In this document: positions 1-8,619 of the stretch, piece by piece
Layout of the letters: each line of letters opens with the position of its first letter
Numbering within the stretch: the first letter of the stretch is position 1
Origin: Octopus sinensis
Lineage: Eukaryota
Length of the DNA stretch: 64,000 bases
NCBI RefSeq assembly: GCF_006345805.1
Contig: NC_043001.1
Span: 88,412,001 to 88,476,000, forward strand
Direction of reading: 5' to 3'
Notes under the pieces: model-generated
What the model saw: only the letters and a program-made list of their open reading frames with translations
Told to the model about the DNA's origin: nothing
Databases searched by the model: none
Program-made: the position numbers and the translations under genes

Positions 1-45
1 ATGTATATATATTTATGTGTATATGTATAGCAGTGTGTGTGTGTA

Positions 46-461
46 TAGCAGCTGAAATATGTGACAAACATATTTCAAGTAACTTAAATTGTAATTATAC
101 ATAAACACTGCTTAGCGTATTTACTCCGATATTTTTCTCAATTGGGTGATCTGCTAGCACAAATCAGTCAATGTGTTGGCTGAATTATATATAAAGCTTA
201 TAAGCTTTGTCAATTTGTTCAGGGTTGCCCCTCACATCTGATTGACAAGAGTTAACAAACTTGAAATATCAATGTCTCAGATTCCCAAGAGAGAGTGACA
301 CTGAACGAACAGGGTGTTTTCACACCTTTTTACCATAAGAGAGAATTTTTCTCCATGGTAATTGCAGTGTATTTGCCTTTAGCAGTTGAAATATGTGAAA
401 AACATATTTCAACTAACCTAAATTGTGATCATATGTAAAAACTGCTTAGCGTATTTACTCC
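46..461 (+). mobile_element. Penelope-like/retrozyme-like non-autonomous element: 334-bp unit with 82-bp terminal direct repeats
   Basis: 46-127 and 380-461 are direct repeats (9 mismatches in 82). An internal hammerhead-like motif lies at 236-282 and a perfect 16-bp palindrome AAAGCTTATAAGCTTT at 193-208. Both flanks are TG/TA microsatellite. Confidence 0.55.
236..282 (+). ncRNA. Degenerate type I hammerhead ribozyme motif
   Basis: Helix I ATCTGA(236-241)/TCAGAT(277-282); core TTGACAA(242-248); stem II GAGTT-AACA-AACTT; GAAA(263-266); near-palindromic helix III ATATCAATGT; GTC cleavage triplet at 274-276. Confidence 0.55.
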
Positions 462-481
462 CATATATATATTTTAATGAT

Positions 482-718
482 AAAGATCCTTGCCAAGACA
501 TATCGATTCACAGGGTCAGTTTCTCAGTTCCCATGGTACATATATTTTCCATCCCGGACAGGACACCAGTCTGTTGCAGGAAACTCATTTTCATCAGCTG
601 AGTGAACTGGCACAACATGAAATGAAGTGTTTTGCTCAAGAACACAACACATTGCCTAGTTCATGAATCAAAACCACAATCTTACAATCATGAATCCAAC
701 ACTCTAACCATGAAGACT
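482..718 (-). mobile_element. tRNA-head SINE (family B)
   Basis: Shares the CTTGAGCAAAACA..CATTTCA core and a tRNA-like head with the + strand copy at 33935-34152. Confidence 0.6.
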
Positions 719-725
719 GCTCTCA

Positions 726-753
726 TATATATATGTGTGTGTGTGTGTTTGTG

Positions 754-834
<81 letters not shown>
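726..834. repeat. (TG)n/(TA)n microsatellite
   Basis: Directly visible; near-pure TA from about 757 to 834. Confidence 0.95.
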
Positions 835-837
<3 letters not shown>

Positions 838-1048
838 GTTAATCCAAACATGAAAACACAAAGAGAAAACACAACGCGAGGACGTGGAACAAGTATAGTG
901 TTATTGGACGCTCAGGAAAGGAAAGAAAGAAGGAGGATTTAACACTTCGAGTGGAGCTCTTCGTCAGAAACATAGGAAAAGGAAAGATCCAAGGAAGGGA
1001 AGACGGAGGAAAAAAATCGCCAACGATACACACACGGTCACATTTTGA
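835..1048 (-). mobile_element. Penelope-like pseudo-LTR fragment with a mutated minimal hammerhead (937-971)
   Basis: Minus strand reads GTTT-CTGACGA-A-GAGC-TCC-ACTC-GAAG-TGTT-AAAT. The segment is a CpG-richer island bounded by TA tracts on both sides. Confidence 0.5.
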
Positions 1049-2039
1049 AGATATATATGTATATACACGCACACACGCATACACACACAAACCTCTATTT
1101 TAAATATATGTATCAGTGTATAAATGCACACACTCTAGAGGTGTGCGTGTGTGTGTGTATAGCATTGGGTCCCTGTGTACCTTTGACAACATGTAATCAA
1201 GTACAATCTGTTTCATGGTTGAATTGTTGACTAAAAGGCATTCCAGCTGGTTACCCTGTTGAAAAGTGTGGCTTAAAACTCAGCAGGGAAAAGAAAAGAA
1301 AAACAAATAAACTCAATAGCAAAGTTCAAACCAGTCAAGTGTCAATGACTACCTAGAAATAGTGTACTGAGCCATAGAATTACTTTAGATAGTGAACATG
1401 TGCACTTTAAGTTAATTTTAGGGGTGATGGACACTAATTCCTCTCAGAGCATTTGGTTAAGAGGTGTGTAGATAAGATTTTTACCTGTAGAAGGATCAGC
1501 TATCTGCATTACCTTGTTGCTTTATGGGTGAATTCAAGCAGGCAAAATTTAATGTACATCCTGTGAGTAAACATGATGCCACAGCCAGCTTTTTGATAGT
1601 TTGTGACTGATTGGATTTCTGGCTGGCCTTACATCTGAGAAGTACCAATCATTTTGTGCTATCCTTGTCACTGAATCTATATGTTTCTCCTAATACCTCT
1701 ATAAAATTGTGTCATGCTGGTTTCATTTCTCTCAATATTGATCATGGATCTTAGATTTTGAATAGTCATTGCCTTTCCAGCTGTTGAGATATCACATGCA
1801 TTTGCAGATATGATATACCACTATATACAGCTTATTTGGTTCTTAAGATCACACAATAGGTGTAACTCTGTCATAAGCAGTAATAGCTCTTTAGTCACTC
1901 ACTCAGCTGATGCCTCTCTTATTGCTGCTCTTTAAGAAGCACAATTACCAAAGAAGATGTACTGTTATCAAAAAATCATAATTGAAAAAGATGCTCATCA
2001 TTGGATTTGATTGACATCAAAATCTTTCTACCTATATTT

Positions 2040-2062
2040 GTATATATATGTATATATGTATG

Positions 2063-2096
<34 letters not shown>

Positions 2097-2530
2097 TGTA
2101 TGTATGTATGTATGTATGTATGTGTGTCTGTGTATATATATATATGTATATATGTATGTATATATATATGTGTATGCATGTATATATATATGTATATATG
2201 TATGTATGTATATATGTATGTATATATATATGTGTATGCATGTATATATATATATGTGTATGCATGTATATATATATGTATATATGTATGTATATATATA
2301 TGTGTATGCATGTATATATATATATGTGTATGTATGTGTATGCATGTATATATATATATGTGTATGTATGTGTATGCATGTATATATATATATGTGTATG
2401 TATGTGTATGTATGTATATATATGTATATGTATGTATGTATGTATTTATATGTATATGTATGTATATATATATATGTGTATGTATGTATATATATGTGTA
2501 TGTATGTATGTATATGTATGTATATATATA
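2040..2530. repeat. Compound TA/TATG/TGCATG microsatellite
   Basis: Directly visible; source of the spurious YIYI/MCVY ORFs. Confidence 0.95.
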
Positions 2531-4726
2531 TAACTTAGAATAACTTAGAAAGGTTTTGGCCAGTATTGGCCCAGGCCATGTCTAACTTAATAGCACCACC
2601 TGGCGAAGTCTTTCAGTTCAGGATTTGGGCACCAAGGCCCATTCGAGCAGAGAGTTATTGTTTGCGGAGACATATCCGGGTGTGGGTGGTTTGTCCGGTA
2701 CTGTTTGAAGGAATTTGTCCAAAGACTTCTTGAATTTTGTGTGGTCAGTATCTTTTTTGACGTATCCTGGTGTAATGTTGAAGAGAGCGGGTCCAATTGA
2801 GGTGAAATAGTTGTGCCGTATTGTCGTTATGTGATGCAATTTAGATTTCTGTTGTGGACGGATGGCACGTGGTCCAAGCCTTGGATGTATTTTGAAGGTG
2901 ATGCCAACATCATTCGGACAGTGCTGATGGAATATTTTCCACATCATACAGATAATGTAGCGTTCACGGCGTCGTTGGAGTGAATACAATTTCAGCTTCT
3001 CTAGTCTACCCCAGTAGTCAAGGTCTGACATGCCATCTATCTTTTTTGTGATTGACCTTTGGGGAGCTTCAATTCTCATAATATTTTGTTTTGTGTAGGG
3101 AGACCACAGTGGACAGCAGTATTCAAGGTGGGGTCGGGCAAAAGTGGAGAAGAGAAGGATAATAGCGTGGAAATCTCTCGACTGGAAGGTTCTGAGAATC
3201 CAGGAACACATTCTGCGGGCCATGTCAACTTTGCTGCTTATATGTGTAGCCCAGCTTTGTGTTGTTGTCCACTGTTACTCCCAAGTCTCTGATGTTGTTG
3301 GATGCCATGAGAATTTCTCCAGAAGGAAGAGAGTATGGGAGTTTCAGAGCGTCCTCCCTTCCAAAGTGGATCAGTTCGAACTTGTCTTCATTTAGCAACA
3401 TGTTATTCTTTTCCGCCCATTGGACAACAGCCAGTAGGTCTGACTGAAGGTTTATTCAGTCATCCACGCCATTGATGACCTTCTGGAGCTTGGAATCATC
3501 AGCGAAGGTTCTGATGTTACTGTGTTTGATGGTGTCAGTAATATCATTTATGTAGATGATGAAGAGAAGTGGGCCCAACACAGTGCCTTGTGGGACACCA
3601 CTGCTGACTTTGGCTGGGCTGGATTTGACTCCCTCGACTACAACATGTTGGGTTCTGTTAGACAGGAAGCACTTGATCCACTGCAGCAGCTTTCCAGTGA
3701 CACCAATATTGGACAGCTTTCTCAGAAGGATCTTATGATCAACCCTGTCAAAGGCCTTGCTGAAATCAAGGTAGATGACATCAGTGTTGGAACCTTCTCC
3801 CAAGGCTCTCAAAATGTCATCAAAATGATGCAGTAGCTGCGTCAGGCAATCTCTCCCATTACGGAATCCATGCTGGTTGGGGTTCAGCATATTATGACTC
3901 TCAAGGAAGTGAGTCATACGCGATCTCAGCACCCTCTCAAATACCTTGATGATATGAGAGGTGAGTGAGATTGAACGGTAATTCACGGCAAGCGATTTGT
4001 TTCCTTTTTTGAAAACTGGGACAACAGACTGGGATAGAAGGTCTTCTGGTATATATCCAGCATCCAGTGAGTTCCGCCACAGATTGGCTAGAGGGGGTGC
4101 AAGTTGGTTTTGACACATCTTCAAGACACAAGCAGGGAACCTATCGGGACCTACTGCTGAATTATGCTTCATTTCCTTTATTGCTGCTAGGACATCAGGA
4201 GCGCTCCAAATGTTATGTCCGATAAAGTGTATTGGGGAGTAACATCACTGATACAGCCCAGATCAGTCATATCAGGATTGCTGAAAACAGAGCAATATTG
4301 TTTCTGCAATATCTCTCCCATGGTTTTGGCATTGTCTTGAAGAGTACCATTTTCATCAATCAGAGGGCCAACAGTAGAACCAGTGACTCTGTGTTTTTTT
4401 GCAAATGAAAAGAACACTTTGGGATTGAGTTTGATCTTCTCAATGGCCCAGGCCTCTTCAGCTCTTCGCTGACAATTGATGATAGACATCATGTTGTTTT
4501 GGAGTTTATGTTTTTTAATCTCTAGCGACGAGATGGCAGTCAGGTTGGTGTGTTGCTGTTGACAGTATTTCAGCATGTTGATCTTTTTGTTAATTCTTTT
4601 AATTTTCCTTATGAGAGATTTTCTATTTCTAGGGATTCGACACTTAGATTTGTTTGCAGATCTTAATGGGGTGTGTCTTGCACATATGTTCGTGATGGTG
4701 TCTACAAGTTCGTGATGGTGTCTACA
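2531..4726 (-). mobile_element. CR1-clade (CR1/L2 group) LINE, 5'-truncated, intact 3' end
   Basis: RT ORF2 motifs are present. The 3' end is (TTCTAAGTTA)2 at 2531-2550, preceded by a GGCCA-N4-TGGCC stem-loop at 2558-2571. The element sits inside a TA-rich microsatellite. Confidence 0.88.
2618..4726 (-). pseudogene. LINE ORF2 (EN-RT linker, reverse transcriptase, C-terminus); endonuclease domain missing
   Basis: Motifs [77 protein letters not shown]. Three lesions: frameshift at 4201-4204, in-frame TGA at 3456-3458, frameshift at 3257-3260. Confidence 0.92.
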
Positions 4727-4994
4727 TATATATGTGTATGTATGTATATATATGTGTATGCATGTATATATATGTATATATATATATATGTGTATGTATG
4801 TATATATATGTGTATGCATGTATATATATGTATATGCATGTATATATGTATATGCATGTATGTATATATATATATATGTATGTATGTATATATATATATA
4901 TGTATGTATGTATATATATATGTATGTATGTATATATATATGTATGTATATATATATGTATGTATGTATATATATATATATATATGTATGCATG

Positions 4995-5027
<33 letters not shown>

Positions 5028-5221
5028 GCATGTATATATATATATGTATATGCATGTATATATATATATGTATATGCATGTATATATATATATGTATGTA
5101 TGTATGTATGTATATATATATGTATATGCATGTATATATATATATGTATGTATATATATATATGTATGTATATATATATATGCATGTATATATATATATG
5201 TATATGCATGTATATATATGT
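4727..5221. repeat. Compound TA/TATG/TGCATG microsatellite
   Basis: Directly visible. Confidence 0.95.
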
Positions 5222-5470
5222 ATCATCATCATCACCATCATCATCGTTTAACGTCCGTTTTCCACGCTAGCACGGGTTGGACGGTTTCGACCGGGGTCTG
5301 GGGAGCTAGGGACTGCCCCAGGCTCCAGTCTAGTCTGGCAGTGTTTCTACAGCTGGATGCCCTTCCTAACGCCAACCACTCCGCGAGTGTAGTGGGTGAT
5401 TTTTACGTGCCACCTGCACAGGTGCCAGACGGGTCTGGCATCGGCCACGTTCGGATGGTGCTTTTTTTTA
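5222..5470 (-). mobile_element. RTE-LINE 3'-end-derived SINE/fragment with (GAT)n tail, copy 1
   Basis: Reverse complement of the 3' end of the RTE at 29520-29695 (AGGAAGGGCATCCAGCTGTAGAAAC...CCAACCC...GATGATGAT). Confidence 0.8.
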
Positions 5471-6345
5471 TGTGGGGGGGGGTGCAGAAATATAGGGGAG
5501 CACCAGTGGGGAGGGGTGGTTCAGAGAAATGATGACAGGTTCTAGGCAAGTAGGACGTAGGATATCAAGAGAGGGGTAATGCATGGTGAAATAGCGTATT
5601 GAAGAGGGGTTCGAAGAGTAGACACCTATAATGGTGGTGGGAGAAGCGACATCCGGTATAGATGGAGCAAAAATATAGAGATATCCGGTATTGGTGGTGG
5701 GGGTGGGCAGGGCGGGTGCACCGCGAATACACGATGGTTGATTATAGTCGAGAAGAGAAATGGATAAATTAGTTAAAATAATTAGATAGATAGAGAAATT
5801 AGATAAAAATAGTTAGATAGATAAGAAAGCATGTATGATCGATCGAGAAGTGAAAATAAATAAGCATTCAAACTTATCTGCGCTCGGGTGCTAGATGAAT
5901 GAATGAGAGAGCAAATGTATGGGGCTGCCTTTTTTAAGTAAAAATTGTCCGGAAGAGGAATTTTTGGACAAGGCATATATATATGTATAGGCATGTATAT
6001 ATATATATGTATGTATATATATATATATGTATGTATATATATATATATGTATATGTTTGTATATATATATGTATATGCATGTATATATATATAATATATG
6101 TATGCATGTATATATATAATATATATATATATGTATATATATATATTATATATATATATATATATATGTATATGCATGTATATATATATATGTATATGCA
6201 TGTATATATATATATGTATGTATGTATGTATGTATATATATATGTATATGCATGTATATATATATATGTATGTATATATATATATATGTATGTATATATA
6301 TATATGCATGTATATATATATATGTATATGCATGTATATATATGT

Positions 6346-6594
6346 ATCATCATCATCACCATCATCATCGTTTAACGTCCGTTTTCCACGCTAGCACGGG
6401 TTGGACGGTTTCGACCGGGGTCTGGGGAGCTAGGGACTGCCCCAGGCTCCAGTCTAGTCTGGCAGTGTTTCTACAGCTGGATGCCCTTCCTAACGCCAAC
6501 CACTCCGCGAGTGTAGTGGGTGATTTTTACGTGCCACCTGCACAGGTGCCAGACGGGTCTGGCATCGGCCACGTTCGGATGGTGCTTTTTTTTA
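6346..6594 (-). mobile_element. RTE 3'-end-derived SINE/fragment, copy 2 (part of the tandem duplication)
   Basis: Matches 5222-5470. Confidence 0.8.
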
Positions 6595-7234
6595 TGTGGG
6601 GGGGGGTGCAGAATATAGGGGAGCACCAGTGGGGAGGGGTGGTTCAGAGAAATGATGACAGGTTCTAGGCAAGTAGGACGTAGGATATCAAGAGAGGGGT
6701 AATGCATGGTGAAATAGCGTATTGAAGAGGGGTTCGAAGAGTAGACACCTATAATGGTGGTGGGAGAAGCGACATCCGGTATAAATGGAGCAAAAATATA
6801 GAGATATCCGGTATTGGTGGTGGGGGTGGGCAGGGCGGGTGCACCGCGAATACACGATGGTTGATTATAGTCGAGAAGAGAAATGGATAAATTAGTTAAA
6901 ATAATTAGATAGATAGAGAAATTAGATAAAAATAGTTAGATAGATAAGAAAGCATGTATGATCGATCGAGAAGTGAAAATAAATAAGCATTCAAACTTAT
7001 CTGCGCTCGGGTGCTAGATGAATGAATGAGAGAGCAAATGTATGGGGCTGCCTTTTTTAAGTAAAAATTGTCCGGAAGAGGAATTTTTGGACAAGGCATA
7101 TATATATGTATAGGCATGTATATATATATATGTATGTATATATATATATATATGTATATGTTTGTATATATATATATGTATATGTGTGTATATATATATA
7201 TGTATGTATATATATGTATAAGTATGTGTATATG

Positions 7235-7275
<41 letters not shown>

Positions 7276-7396
7276 ATGTATGTATGTGTGTATATATATG
7301 TGTATGTATGTATCTATATATATGTATATATGTGTATGTATGTATATATGTGTAAATGTATCTATGTATATATGTGTGTATATATATGTATATATA

Positions 7397-8619
7397 CAGG
7401 GGTTGGACAAAATAATGGAAACACCTTAAAATTTCAAGCAAATTTATTTTTATATGGGGTAGGACCGCCTTTGGCAGTAATTACAGCTTGAAATCTACTG
7501 GGTATGGACTCATACAAAGTTTGAATTGTTTCCAAAGGAATTTTTATCCATTCTTCAGCTAAAACAGTCTCCAGTTCTTGTAGTTATGATGGTGGGGGAT
7601 ATTGACTCCTTATTTGTTTTCCTAAAATGCACCATAAATGTTCAGTAATATTGAAATCTGGGGACTGTAGTGGCCAGAGAAGATCTTCAACTTAGCTGTG
7701 TGATTTGGTGCATTATCATCCTGAAAAATTGCATTTTGCTCTGGAAACAGTTCCACAACCATAGGATGAATTTGATCAGAAAAAATACTTAAATAGTCTT
7801 GAGTATTAATTCTGCCATGAAAGGAAACCATTGGGCTGGTGGATTTCCAAGATATAGCCCCCACTCCATCATCAGAGATCCTCCTCCATGTTTAACAGCT
7901 TGAAGAAGACAGTCTGGTTCAAATGCTTCTTTTGGCTGTCTCCACACGTATACTCAGCCGGTGGTTGAAAATAAGGTAAAGGATGACTTGTCCAAGAAAT
8001 TAACATTCTTCCACTGCTCTAGGGACCAATTCTGTAGGTTTTTTTTACCCAACTCTAAACACTTTGTTTTTGAAAGTAGTGGTTTTCTGATTGCAGCCCT
8101 CCCATGAAATCCGGCTTTGTGCAGCTCCCAGCAAACAGTTTTTGTGGAAACTGGGTTCTTGAAGTGCTCATTAAGCTCTGCAGTAATTTTGGGAGCAGTA
8201 CTTTTGTGATTCTTTCTAACAATTCATGTTAGAGTCTGACGGTCCCTACCTGAAAGTTTTGGTTTTCTTCCGTAGTTTTGTTTCGCCAAGGAGGTTTTTC
8301 CCTCTTTCTCAAAGCTGTCATTACTTTTGAGACAGTACTTCTTGATACACCAACCATTTCAGCTGTTTTCGTTATGCTAGTGCCTGCCATATGAGCACCA
8401 GCAATTTAACCTCATCGAAAGTTTGATAGATCTGTCATTTTAATGAATTTTAGTTACCTTTTTCTGATGACATCTGAAAAGAAACAGAAATTTTAGCAAA
8501 ACATATTAAGCAACACTAATAATAAATCAAAAAGCATAAAAATAAACACTCTCTTGACAGTTTTATAGATATTTCAAAATTATGATGCTAGATGTTTCCA
8601 TTATTTTGTCCAACCCCTG
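7397..8619 (-). mobile_element. Tc1-like DNA transposon with both TIRs (1223 bp)
   Basis: Perfect 27-bp TIRs CAGGGGTTGGACAAAATAATGGAAACA at 7397-7423 and 8593-8619, with TA on both flanks (7395-7396, 8620-8621). Confidence 0.93.
7434..8438 (-). pseudogene. Tc1-type DDE transposase, inactivated
   Basis: Fragments MTDLSNF, GVSRSTVSKVM, GRKPKLS, RAAIRKPLL, FQDDNAPNHTAK, LWPLQSPDFNITEHLW, KGGPTPY. Several stops and frameshifts, plus a deletion between the second D and the E motif. Confidence 0.88.

Larger units (their letters stand above)
5000..7180. repeat. Tandem duplication, period 1123-1124 bp
   Basis: 5221-5975 recurs at 6345-7098 with only one 1-nt indel (GAAAT/GAAT) and one G/A substitution seen. 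Breakpoints lie inside TA microsatellites and are approximate. Confidence 0.92.

Noticed and set aside
359-420. Second hammerhead in the terminal repeat (AATTGC/GCAGTT stem, GAAA, hairpin)
   Set aside because: No CUGANGA-like box precedes the stem and no helix I partner exists.
1380-1960. Possible Tc1-like transposase relic (WYFSDV, GCGIMF on minus)
   Set aside because: No TIRs found and motif spacing is inconsistent; too decayed to support.
3059-4131. Plus-strand and alternative-frame ORFs over the LINE (e.g. 3522-3836)
   Set aside because: Antisense or off-frame shadows of the RT ORF.
1976-7491. Many long ORFs rich in Y/I/M/C/V/H
   Set aside because: They are translations of stop-free TA/TATG microsatellites and have no coding signature.
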